DNA of 21,082 nucleotides from a virus (Duplodnaviria; Heunggongvirae; Uroviricota; Caudoviricetes): IMG/VR virus record IMGVR_UViG_2879759574_000006; one strand, 5' to 3'. Shown piece by piece: positions 9,492 to 19,756 of this stretch (position 1 is its first letter; each line of letters starts with the position of its first letter). The notes under the pieces were generated by a model. It saw only the letters and a program-made list of their open reading frames with translations, ran no database searches and was not told where the DNA came from. The position numbers and the translations under genes were made by a program.

Positions 9492-9889
9492 CGCTTCAGT
9501 TCCTGTATCAGCAGAGTCAGGAGCTTTTCGCTGACATTGCCATTGAAGCGGAGCGTCCCGTGCCGGAACGTTACCTCACAGCTGATACTGAGGGTTTCCG
9601 GATCCTCTGCGAGCGATTCTGGCTGTTCGGCAGCTGCATCGAGAGTCACAGGAAGTAGCTGGGGGCTCTCTGAAGAAGGTAATAGCAGCTTTCCCTCGCG
9701 CCATTGTTGTCGCCATTTGAACAACAGATTGGCGCTAATGCCATTTTCAAGAGCAAGTTTTGAGATGGATATCCCGGGTTCACAGGAGGCAGCAACGAGC
9801 TGCTGTTTAAATTCGGGAGGATAATTAGGGCAGCCTTTTCGCCTGCCGGGATTCACATTTTTCTGCATATCTGACACTTTGGTTCCCAC
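9488..9889 (-). CDS. tnpA: IS66-family TnpA (orfA), copy 2
   Basis: 133 aa, one substitution relative to copy 1 (NGISANLL versus NGINANLL). Confidence 0.8.
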   Translation of the reverse strand: MGTKVSDMQKNVNPGRRKGCPNYPPEFKQQLVAASCEPGISISKLALENGISANLLFKWRQQWREGKLLLPSSESPQLLPVTLDAAAEQPESLAEDPETLSISCEVTFRHGTLRFNGNVSEKLLTLLIQELKR

Positions 9890-10018
9890 TACTTATTTGG
9901 TGGACACCACTTTGTCTAATTCGTCAGATTCTGACCAGACGGTTCAGGCTGTACGCTGATATGACTTTCCGTGTCAAACCGGAATCTCTAATTTTGACGA
10001 TTTTCTTTTTAGGTTTAA

Positions 10019-10210
10019 TTCCCTGAGGGCGACGTAGCAGTAAATCCGACGGTGAATCACGCTGATATTCGCGGGTTGGATACCGCATTACAGAGGTCCG
10101 TCATATGAGCCTGCCACTTTCTTACGTCGCGAATCAGCTTTGTTCCGCCGTCGCCAAGCGCTAACGTGGGTTACTCTTGTACCGGGCTACGTCGCCTTCA
10201 GGGAACTGGT
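10019..10210. repeat. pair of ~22-24 bp imperfect inverted repeats flanking ~145 bp, immediately 3' of the IS110-family recombinase stop codon
   Basis: ttaattccctgagggcgacgtagc (10019-10042) versus gctacgtcgccttcagggaactgg (10187-10210); about 2 mismatches in the 22-bp core. Confidence 0.5.
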
Positions 10211-10222
10211 TATTCTCATTTT

Positions 10223-11397
10223 TTATTTGTGACATTGTGGTTGTTGTGCGACAGACATTGCTATTCGGCCCATATCCCAGATAAAACCCGCCAGCTCACG
10301 TGCAACAGCAACAATTGTAATATTGACATTCTTTCCTTTGGCCTGAAGTTTTCGATACCTCTTACAAAGCCTGAGTTGAGCATCCCATGCTCTGTCAATG
10401 ACGGGGCGGGGTAAATTTTCCTGCCTTTTTTGTATTGCCGGACTGATGCGTGCCGGATGACGGTAACTCCACGCTGCCTCGACCAATAGCTTTCTGGCAT
10501 AGCTGTTTCCGGCTTTGGTAATGCTGCCCTGATGTCTGCTTCCACCCGATGAATATTCTGATGGCGTGATACCAAACCATGACATCAGTTGTCGTGGATG
10601 TTCAAAACGGGTCAGATCACCCAGTTCAGAAATTAATCCAACCGCAGTAATAAACTGAATCCCTCGCATGGCTTGCAGCGCCTCTACTACCGGATACAGC
10701 CTCCATTCGGTAACGGCCTCCTTCAGGGCGGATTCCAGCCGTTCACATTGTGCCTGCCGGTCTTCTATTGTACGACGGTGTTCGTCAAAAGCTAATTGTC
10801 GCCAGGGACTTTCGAATGAGTATTTGCTGAGCCAGCGTCGGTGTGCAGGGCCCCAATCTGCTCGCCCTACATAATGGACCCCATGAACCAGAAGAAACGA
10901 TTTCAGACGTTGCCTTGCATGCCGTAAATCATCGCGGGCAGATGCCCATGCCCGGGCCAAATCCCGGAATGCCTCATCTTCAATGCCGGGTACGTAGACA
11001 GCAGAAAGATCTCCTGCACGCAGTGAACGCACAAGTCTGATGGCATCACGGCGATCGGTTTTAACCCGCTCCCCCGGTTTTTTCGGGATAAGTGAGGGGC
11101 GCAGACCATGCAGTCAAAACCGGATTTCACCAGCCGACGATAAAGTCCATAACCACAGGGCCCCGCTTCATAAACGATACTGACCTGCGATGACTTTGAC
11201 CTGAGACGTTTACAAAGATTCTGAATATCAGTAGGTGATGTGCCAATTTTACCCATCAGTTCAACAGGTTCTGAATTGATAGCATAAGCGACAGTAATCG
11301 ATTCTTTGTGAACATCTAACCCGACGTACAATGTGTTATTGTTGTTCATGCTGGCCTCCGTGGTGGAAATACCGGGGTGTAGCAACAGCTCACCCAT
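10223..11397 (-). pseudogene. IS110-family (DEDD-type) transposase/recombinase gene with a single frameshift
   Basis: N-terminal frame (10903..11397) has LYVGLDVHK...GYGLYR; C-terminal frame continues ...LIPKKPGERVKTDRRDAIRLVRSLRAGDLSAVYVP...; frames meet near 11093-11099, where one base appears missing; full length would be ~390 aa. Confidence 0.8.
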
Positions 11398-11623
11398 GCG
11401 GCTCTGACAACGATGTTAACCCGCGTTAAATATCCCACGTTGGCCAGCATCTGTCTCACGGAAAGTCATACTGCCTTACTGTTATCCGGTCGATAAAGTT
11501 ATTCACCATGATAATAACGAAATCCCGGCAGGTCTTTAAAACAGTTCCGTAATAAATATCCGGTTTCATTCTTATATGCCAGCAATGGCAGGGGTTCGCT
11601 CAACCTTAATTAAGGAGAAAAAC

Positions 11624-11821
11624 ATGATTACCAGTTATGAAGCCACTGTTGTAACTACTGATGACATTGTTCACGAGGTTAATCTGGAAGGAAAGCGTAT
11701 TGGCTACGTGATTAAGACAGAAAATAAAGAAACCCCATTCACTGTGGTTGATATCGACGGTCCATCAGGCAACGTTAAAACACTTAACGATGGTGTAAAA
11801 AAATGTGTCTGGTGCACATAG
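11624..11821 (+). CDS. hypothetical small protein (65 aa), first gene of an uncharacterised operon
   Basis: ATG at 11624 with strong Shine-Dalgarno AAGGAG at 11612-11617; the track ORF from 11576 is an upstream extension without RBS; no recognisable motif apart from C-terminal CxWC. Confidence 0.45.
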   Translation: MITSYEATVVTTDDIVHEVNLEGKRIGYVIKTENKETPFTVVDIDGPSGNVKTLNDGVKKCVWCT

Positions 11822-11896
11822 GAAAGAATCTGCCCGCAGAAAAAAAAGCCGAATTTCTGGCAACTCTGATTGCAATGAAATTAAAAGGTGAAATCT

Positions 11897-11927
11897 GAAA
11901 AAAAGAAAGCCTGCACACTGTGCAGGC
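11897..11927 (-). terminator. terminator-like hairpin oriented for the minus strand, in the gap between two plus-strand genes
   Basis: gcctgcac act gtgcaggc (11909-11927), 8-bp perfect stem; minus strand reads hairpin followed by TTTCTTTTTTTC (complement of 11897-11908); no T-run on the plus strand. Confidence 0.35.
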
Positions 11928-11997
11928 CTGAGTGAAGAACCTGGGACATTTATTCATCACTCGCAGTAATTTTAATCTGAGTTGAGGTTAAAAAACA

Positions 11998-13164
11998 ATG
12001 AACACCGATAAACAAGTTTACCCACTGTATTACGAAGCAAAAAATGACAAAGTAAGAAAACGTCTCGGTATTAAAGGCGGTTTTTACTGGGCTGAAGCGA
12101 AAAAATTATCCATTGCCATCTCCCGTGGTGCTGTTGCGATTGACGATGCTGGATACGATGAAGATGACTTCAAAAAACCTGTTCGCGTCAATTTGCCCGT
12201 TGTTGATGACCTCCCACCAGAAGGCGTGTTTGATACGGAATTCTGCAACCGTTACGAAAAAGGCGGGGAAGATGGCATCACAATGGTATTTATCGCGCCC
12301 TCACCCTCTGCGCAGGACAAACCAGCCAGCACTGACAATACCAATGTTAATGGCGAAGACATGACGGAGATTGAGGAGAATATGCTACTCCCGATTTCTG
12401 GTCAGGAGCTGCCCATTCGCTGGCTTGCTCAACACGGCAGCGAAAAACCGGTAACGCACGTTTCACGCGACGAACTCCAGGCATTACACATTGCACGGGC
12501 TGAGGAACTACCAGCTGTTACTGCCCTGGCTGTTTCGCATAAAACCAGCCTGCTCGACCCGCTGGAAATTCGCGATCTCCACAAACTCGTGCGTGATACT
12601 GACAAAGTTTTCCCTAATCCTGGCAATTCAAATCTGGGACTGATGACTGCTTTTTTCGAAGCATATCTGGATGCCAACTACACCGATCGCGGTCTGCTGA
12701 CAAAAGAGTGGATGAAAGGAAATCGTGTTTCACGCATCACGCGCACGGCTTCCGGTGCGAATGCTGGCGGCGGGAACCTCACCGATCGCGGCGAAGGTTT
12801 CGTCCACGATCTGACGTCGCTGGCGCGCGACGTAGCCACTGGCGTACTGGCCCGTTCAATGGACGTGGATATTTATAACCTTCATCCGGCACACGCTAAA
12901 CGCATTGAGGAAATTATCGCTGAAAATAAACCACCCTTTTCTGTTTTCCGCGACAAATTCATCACCATGCCTGGCGGGATGGATTATTCCCGCGCCATCG
13001 TGGTTGCGTCAGTGAAAGAAGCACCGATTGGTATCGAGGTCATCCCCGCGCACGTCACTGAATATCTGAACAAGGTACTGACTGAAACCGATCATGCCAA
13101 CCCTGATCCGGAAATCGTGGATATTGCCTGCGGTCGCTCCTCTGCCCGATGCCGCAACGTGTAA
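11998..13164 (+). CDS. hypothetical protein (388 aa), acidic, no recognised domain
   Basis: Long uninterrupted ORF; GAGG about 14 nt upstream of the ATG; protein-like composition; I cannot place it in a known family by eye. Confidence 0.6.
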   Translation: MNTDKQVYPLYYEAKNDKVRKRLGIKGGFYWAEAKKLSIAISRGAVAIDDAGYDEDDFKKPVRVNLPVVDDLPPEGVFDTEFCNRYEKGGEDGITMVFIAPSPSAQDKPASTDNTNVNGEDMTEIEENMLLPISGQELPIRWLAQHGSEKPVTHVSRDELQALHIARAEELPAVTALAVSHKTSLLDPLEIRDLHKLVRDTDKVFPNPGNSNLGLMTAFFEAYLDANYTDRGLLTKEWMKGNRVSRITRTASGANAGGGNLTDRGEGFVHDLTSLARDVATGVLARSMDVDIYNLHPAHAKRIEEIIAENKPPFSVFRDKFITMPGGMDYSRAIVVASVKEAPIGIEVIPAHVTEYLNKVLTETDHANPDPEIVDIACGRSSARCRNV

Positions 13165-13937
13165 CAGAAGAAGGAAAACAGGATGATGAAGAAAAACCGC
13201 AACCATCTTGCGCAATGGCAGATGAACAGGCAACGGCTGAAACAGTGGAACCGGATGCAACTGAACATCATCAGGACACGCAGCCGCTGGATGCTCAGTC
13301 ACAGGTAAATGCTGTTGATGCGAAATATCAGAAACTGCGGACAGAACTCCATGAAGCCCGGAAAAACATTCCGCCCAAAAATCCTGTCGATGCAGACAAA
13401 TTACTGGCTGCCTCTCGCGGAGAATTTGTTGAAGGGATTAGCGACCCGAATGATTCGAAATGGATTCCCGGTCATCATATCTCCTCAAATGAAGTCAAAA
13501 AAACGGAAAATGAAGTGCGACAGACTGAAGATAAACAGCACCAGAACAGCGAACCGGAGAAGGGAACACCCTGCAATCAGACTGGCGAGGATAACTGCCC
13601 TGACTGTGGCGCGGTGATGGGAGACGCAACTTATCAGGAAACTTTTGACGAAAAAAAACCAGATGAAGCACAGGAAGAAGAGCCGAAGAAAACGGAAAAA
13701 GCTGATGATTTGTTGCCGGAGAACGCTGGCAGCGATCAGCATAATGATAGCAATAATGAAACTGGCGAAGATGAACTCAACTGGAAAAAACAGGTGTTGA
13801 TTGCGGCGGTTTACGGTTTATGTGCGAATCCTGCGTGCATAGCCTATGCGCCTGCAATCCCTGGCATCGCAATGATGATTGCCAACAAGCTTGAAAATTT
13901 TGGAGTGACCAGTGATGAGCGCTTACCCGATTTTTGA
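13149..13937 (+). CDS. hypothetical highly acidic protein (262 aa) with a C-terminal hydrophobic segment
   Basis: ORF overlaps the upstream gene by 16 nt (possible coupling); alternative start at 13215; Asp/Glu/Gln-rich N-terminal two-thirds, then [33 protein letters not shown]; an out-of-frame ATG with a good RBS at 13183 makes the start uncertain. Confidence 0.5.
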   Translation: MPQRVTEEGKQDDEEKPQPSCAMADEQATAETVEPDATEHHQDTQPLDAQSQVNAVDAKYQKLRTELHEARKNIPPKNPVDADKLLAASRGEFVEGISDPNDSKWIPGHHISSNEVKKTENEVRQTEDKQHQNSEPEKGTPCNQTGEDNCPDCGAVMGDATYQETFDEKKPDEAQEEEPKKTEKADDLLPENAGSDQHNDSNNETGEDELNWKKQVLIAAVYGLCANPACIAYAPAIPGIAMMIANKLENFGVTSDERLPDF

Positions 13938-14211
13938 TCGTATTGAAGAAATGGCATGGGCTCGTCACTACCAGCAGATCGTTCGTGAAGAAAAAGAAAC
14001 GGAACTGGCGGACGACCTGGAAAAAGGTCTGCCTCAGCACCTGTTTGAATCGCTCTGCATCGACCATTTGCAACGCCACGGTGCCAATAAACAGGCAATC
14101 AGCCACGCATTTGATGATGATGTTGAGTTTCAGGAGCGCATGGCAGAACACATCCGGTACATGGCTGAAACCATTGCCCACCACCAGGTTGATATTGATT
14201 TGGAGGACTAA
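13912..14211 (+). CDS. hypothetical small acidic protein (about 98 aa)
   Basis: GGAG at 13902-13905 about 9 nt upstream of ATG 13915 (track start GTG 13912); overlaps the upstream gene end; about 23 acidic versus 9 basic residues. Confidence 0.5.
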   Translation: MMSAYPIFDRIEEMAWARHYQQIVREEKETELADDLEKGLPQHLFESLCIDHLQRHGANKQAISHAFDDDVEFQERMAEHIRYMAETIAHHQVDIDLED

Positions 14212-14271
14212 AATCTATGGCGCTTTTTCAACGAGCAATAAACACACAGGCCTATCTAAAAGCAGGAATTA

Positions 14272-14330
14272 TGAGGTAGCCTGAGTTTAACAGACACTCC
14301 TTCCTGAAATAGAATGGCATCAGAAGGAGC
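14272..14330 (+). mobile_element. orphan IS600 left-end fragment (first 59 bp), interrupted by IS66 copy 3
   Basis: tgaggtagcctgagtttaacagacactccttcctgaaatagaatggcatcagaaggagc matches the left end of the complete IS600 at 19762..19820 (reverse complement) with one mismatch. Confidence 0.75.
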
Positions 14331-14366
14331 GTAAGCGTGCAGCAAGAACCGTATTGACGGGATGTG

Positions 14367-15905
14367 TTATTCAGTCGGCAGTGCTACGCGCCAGGGGAGC
14401 AGTTCGCCGACCCGGTTTATCGGCCAGTCGGCTATGACGTCAAGGACATAGCGGAGGTAGCTTTCTGGCTCCACTCCGTTCAGTTTGCACGTCCCGATCA
14501 GGCTGTACAGCAGCGCTCCCCGCTCTCCTCCATGATCCGAACCGAAGAACAGGTAGTTTTTGCGGCCCAGACTGACCATCCGCAACGCATTTTCAGCGAT
14601 GTTATTGTCCGCCTCAGCCCAGCCATCATCTGCATAGTACGTCAGCGCCGGCCACTGGTTCAGGGCGTATGCGAACGCTTTCGCCAGTTCTGAGTGTCGC
14701 GACAGGGTTTTCATCTTTTCACGCAGCCAGCTTTCCAGGGATTTCAGCAGCGGTTTCGTTTTCAACTGACGTTCGGCAAGGCGCTGCTCCGCCGTCATTC
14801 CCCTTATCTCTGCCTCGATGGCGTACAGTTCGCCGATCCGTTTCAGCGCTTCCTCCGTCAGGGCTGACGGGGTGCGAACGTGCACATCGTGGATTTTACG
14901 GCGGGCGTGAGCCCAACAGGCGGCTTCCGTTATCCGGCCATCCCGGTACAGCTCGTTGAACCCGGCGTATGCATCCGCCTGCAGTACACCACTGAACCCC
15001 GCAAGATGGGTCTGCGGATGGATGCCTTTTCTGTCCGGGCTGTAAGCGAACCACACCGCCGGCGCCAGCGTTGACCCGGCGTTACGGTCGTCACGAACGT
15101 AGGTCCATAACCGCCCGGTCTTCGTTTTCTTATTGCCTGGCAACAGCACCGGGACAGGCGTGTCATCAGCATGGAGCTTACCGTCAGTCAGCACATAATC
15201 CTGAAGCGCTTCTTCCAGCGGTGACAGTAGCCGGCAGCATGCATCCACCCAGCCCGACAGCAGTGAACGACTCAGCTCCACGCCCTGGCGGCCGTACATT
15301 TCAGACTGGCGGTACAGCGGGGTGTGCTCTGCATACTTTGAGATCAGCACGCGGGCCAGCAGCCCCGGTCCTGCGATACCCCGCTCGATGGGCCGTGAAG
15401 GCGCGGGGGCCTGCACGATGGCATCGCACTGAGTACAGGCATGCTTTTCACGTACAGTCCGGATAACCCGGAAGACGCTGCGCATCAACTCCAGCTGTTC
15501 GGCGGCATCCTCACCCGGATAGCTCAGTGAGCCTCCACATTCCGGGCAGCATGACGCTGCCGGCAGCAGCCGTTTTTCATCGCGGGGGAGTGATTCGGGG
15601 AACGGTTTGCGGGTGCGGGTTTGACGCAGCGGGCGCTGCACGGCCGGGTCGTCAACCCGACCGGTAAGGGTATCACTTTCTTTCTGAAGTGCCTTCAGGT
15701 CAGCTTCCATCTGTGCGATACGACGGGAGACTTTTTAGGAGCGGCTGCCGAAGTTCATCCGGCGCAGCTTATCCAGCTGTGCCTGCAGATGGTCTATTTC
15801 GCGTTCACGCTCGTTCAGCTTTTCCAGCAGGGCACGGTTCAGCGCCTCCTGTTCGGCAAGGAGACGTTTCAGTGCATTGATATCGTCAGGAAGTGAGCTG
15901 CTCAT
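14367..15905 (-). pseudogene. tnpC: tnpC of IS66 copy 3 with nonsense mutation at codon 57
   Basis: Start codon at 15903-15905; TAA at 15735-15737 where copy 1 has GAA; the longest remaining ORF (14367..15710, 447 aa) starts at Met66. Confidence 0.8.
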
Positions 15906-15953
15906 ACCGGGTATATTACCAGGCTCATTCAGCGTCGACCAGGATAAAGAGGC

Positions 15954-16301
15954 TTACAACATAGTCAGGGACGTAAGCAGTCTTTTAGGCTGCCGCCAGT
16001 CGATACCTTCAAGGAGCATCGCCAGCTGTGCCGGTGTGAGGAACACTTTGCCATCCCGGGCTGACGGCCAGGCGAAGCGGCCGCGCTCCAGCCGTTTGGT
16101 CAGCAGACACAGTCCATCGCCGGTAGACCAGAGGAGCTTTACCTGACTGCCATTACGCCCACGGAAGATAAAAACGTGACCTGACATCGGATCGTCTTTC
16201 AGCGTCGTCTGCACCTTTGCCGCCAGGCCGTTGAAGCCATTTCTCATATCGGTGATACCGGCAACCAGCCAAATTTTGGTCCCGGAAGGTAACGGGATCA
16301 T
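15954..16301 (-). CDS. tnpB: IS66-family TnpB (orfB), copy 3
   Basis: 115 aa, identical to copy 1. Confidence 0.8.
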   Translation of the reverse strand: MIPLPSGTKIWLVAGITDMRNGFNGLAAKVQTTLKDDPMSGHVFIFRGRNGSQVKLLWSTGDGLCLLTKRLERGRFAWPSARDGKVFLTPAQLAMLLEGIDWRQPKRLLTSLTML

Positions 16302-16699
16302 CGCTTCAGTTCCTGTATCAGCAGAGTCAGGAGCTTTTCGCTGACATTGCCATTGAAGCGGAGCGTCCCGTGCCGGAACGTTACCTCACAGCTGATACTG
16401 AGGGTTTCCGGATCCTCTGCGAGCGATTCTGGCTGTTCGGCAGCTGCATCGAGAGTCACAGGAAGTAGCTGGGGGCTCTCTGAAGAAGGTAATAGCAGCT
16501 TTCCCTCGCGCCATTGTTGTCGCCATTTGAACAACAGATTGGCGTTAATGCCATTTTCAAGAGCAAGTTTTGAGATGGATATCCCGGGTTCACAGGAGGC
16601 AGCAACGAGCTGCTGTTTAAATTCGGGAGGATAATTAGGGCAGCCTTTTCGCCTGCCGGGATTCACATTTTTCTGCATATCTGACACTTTGGTTCCCAC
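16298..16699 (-). CDS. tnpA: IS66-family TnpA (orfA), copy 3
   Basis: 133 aa, identical to copy 1. Confidence 0.8.
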   Translation of the reverse strand: MGTKVSDMQKNVNPGRRKGCPNYPPEFKQQLVAASCEPGISISKLALENGINANLLFKWRQQWREGKLLLPSSESPQLLPVTLDAAAEQPESLAEDPETLSISCEVTFRHGTLRFNGNVSEKLLTLLIQELKR

Positions 16700-16864
16700 T
16701 ACTTATTTGGTGGACACCACTTTGTCTAATTCGTCAGATTCTGACCAGACGGTTCAGGCTGTACGCTTACCTTCACTTCAGTTCTGAATGGCCTGGTTGC
16801 AGAAGCTGGATCTTCTTCGGCAAGACCAGAAGCTATAGCTGTTTTAAAAATGTCTGTGAAGTGG

Positions 16865-18043
<1,179 letters not shown>

Positions 18044-18581
18044 TTGGAGCACCTGTGTTGTTCTGAGGTGAGCATATCACCTCTGTTCAGGTGGCCAAAT
18101 TCAGTGTGCCACTTCATTTCAAGAAGAGATGCAGTAGCGCAGGCAATTGAAGCAAATCATTATATATACAAAAACTACTCTCCTGCTGCCTTCCTTAATT
18201 GAAAAACTTAAAGGGTTCAACTCATTTACTATGGCAGACTGGATTGAACGTTACAAAACGATTCTTATAAGGAGAAAAGTGTCCAGAAATACTTATAAAA
18301 TTCGGGCAAATCAACTGAAGACAATAAAAGAAAAATTGGGAGAGATTTTACTGACAGAAATAACCACTCGCCATATTGCCGAGTTTCTTGATTTGTGGAT
18401 TGAAGGAGGGAAAAACACAATGGCAGGATCAATGCGTTCTGTGTTGTCTGATATGTTTCGCGAGGCCATTGTTGAAGGACGTATATCTCAAAATCCAGTC
18501 ACGCCAACAAGAGCACCGAAAATAGTAGTTACAAGAGAACGACTGAAACTAAAGACTGAGGTGTACTGGCAATAGCGGACA

Positions 18582-19418
18582 CTACCATTTGTTCTTTTTT
18601 TTAGCAGCCATCTGATTATATTTTTCCCTGAAGGCTGCCGGGGAGATATTCCCCAGACGAGAGTGACGACGCTGACGATTGTAGAAAATCTCAATGTATT
18701 CCCGTATTACTGAGATGGCTTCATCCCGGTTATTAAAACGATAGTGGCTCAGGCTCTCATTTTTCAGCGTTCCCCAGAAGCTTTCCATCGGAGCGTTGTC
18801 GTAACAGTGACCTTTACGCGACATTGATGTTTTCAGACCAGACTGCTCCTGTATGACCCGGTAATCGTATGCGCAGTACTGTGAACCTCGATCAGAGTGG
18901 TGGATTAGCCCGGCAGGTGGGCGCTGGCTCCTGAGCGCCATAAACAGGGCTTTACCTGTCAGCTCTTTTGTCATGCGCTCTCCCATGGCGTAGCCGACAA
19001 TTTCGCACGTATAAACATCTTTGATGCCAGCGAGGTACAACCATCCCTCCTGTGTGGCAACATACGTCAGGTCCGCCACCCAGACCTGATTTGGTGCTGT
19101 AGGAGCGAACGTCTGGTTCAGCAGATTTGGCGCAACTGGCAGATTGTGGTTCGGGTTCGTAGTCGCTCTGAACTTGCGTTTCTGCTTACAGCGTAGCCTT
19201 AGCTCCTTACGAAGACGTGCCAGTCGGTCACGACCAACGATGATGCCATTCTCTGCCAGCTCCGTCTGGAGCCGCCGGGTTCCATATGTTTCGCGAGTGC
19301 GGATATGTGCCACCTTAATCTCCAGTTTTAGCCGCTCATCACTTTGTTTTCTGTCTGAGGGTTCATGCTGTACCCAGTTGTAATAACCGCTCCTGGATAC
19401 ACCAAATACCTGACACAT
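18582..19418 (-). CDS. IS600-like OrfB
   Basis: 278-aa ORF with IS3-family DDE region (...HHSDRGSQYCA..., ...RKGHCYDNAPMESFW...). Confidence 0.8.
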   Translation of the reverse strand: MCQVFGVSRSGYYNWVQHEPSDRKQSDERLKLEIKVAHIRTRETYGTRRLQTELAENGIIVGRDRLARLRKELRLRCKQKRKFRATTNPNHNLPVAPNLLNQTFAPTAPNQVWVADLTYVATQEGWLYLAGIKDVYTCEIVGYAMGERMTKELTGKALFMALRSQRPPAGLIHHSDRGSQYCAYDYRVIQEQSGLKTSMSRKGHCYDNAPMESFWGTLKNESLSHYRFNNRDEAISVIREYIEIFYNRQRRHSRLGNISPAAFREKYNQMAAKKKNKW

Positions 19419-19453
19419 CGCTTCAATGGGAAATTGTTGTCGCCATTGTTCGA

Positions 19454-19756
19454 TTAACGCGTATTTTTCAGCGACTCCTGTGCAAAATACGCTGTTGCTT
19501 TTTTTAATATATCTCGCTCAAGGCGAGCTTCATTTAACGCCTTACGCAGTTGCAGAATTTCAGATTCCAGTTCAGCTACCGTGCGGGAACCAGGAGTACC
19601 GAGCCCTTTTCTGGCGGCGGTAACCCATTGTCCTAAAGTGCCTTCAGGAAGGGATAATCGGGAAGCGCCTTCACTGATCGAAAGTTGATTTTCAAGAACC
19701 GTTCTGACAGCTTCGGCTTTGAACTCTTTAGAGTAACGTTGGTTTTTTCTGCTCAT
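19454..19756 (-). CDS. IS600-like OrfA
   Basis: 100-aa ORF MSRKNQRYSKEFKAEAVRTVLENQLSISEGASRL... with helix-turn-helix and leucine zipper typical of IS3 OrfA. Confidence 0.8.
   Translation of the reverse strand: MSRKNQRYSKEFKAEAVRTVLENQLSISEGASRLSLPEGTLGQWVTAARKGLGTPGSRTVAELESEILQLRKALNEARLERDILKKATAYFAQESLKNTR

Larger units (their letters stand above)
8343..9957 (-). mobile_element. IS66-family element copy 2, truncated within tnpC and lacking the last 3 bp of its left end
   Basis: Near-identical to copy 1 in inverted orientation from tnpC codon ~256 to the left terminus; breakpoint at 8342/8343 abuts the second IS66 element; terminus reads ...ggctgtacgct instead of ...ggctgtacgcttac. Confidence 0.8.
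14331..16770 (-). mobile_element. IS66-family element copy 3 (full length, 2440 bp, tnpC inactivated)
   Basis: Both terminal repeats present and identical to copy 1; inverted relative to copy 1, same orientation as copy 2; no target-site duplication (flanks gaaggagc / cttcactt). Confidence 0.85.

Noticed and set aside
10166-10580. Small ORFs overlapping the 3' part of the IS110-family gene (10166..10414 plus strand, 10261..10575 and 10395..10580 minus strand)
   Set aside because: They are alternative frames of a region already explained by the recombinase coding sequence and have no independent support.
11822-11895. Peptide-like reading frame (KNLPAEKKAEFLATLIAMKLKGEI) after the first operon gene, near an A8 tract, as a possible slippage-controlled extension
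   Set aside because: It has no start codon, is not in a frame reachable from the upstream gene by slippage at the A-tract (which lies downstream of the stop), and is only 24 codons long.
5350-16770. Possibility that the large repeated blocks are a CRISPR array or a segmental duplication of cellular genes
   Set aside because: The repeats are 1.6-2.4 kb, encode a tnpA-tnpB-tnpC transposase set and end in GTAAGCG terminal inverted repeats, so they are IS copies; no short regularly spaced direct repeats with unique spacers occur anywhere in the window.
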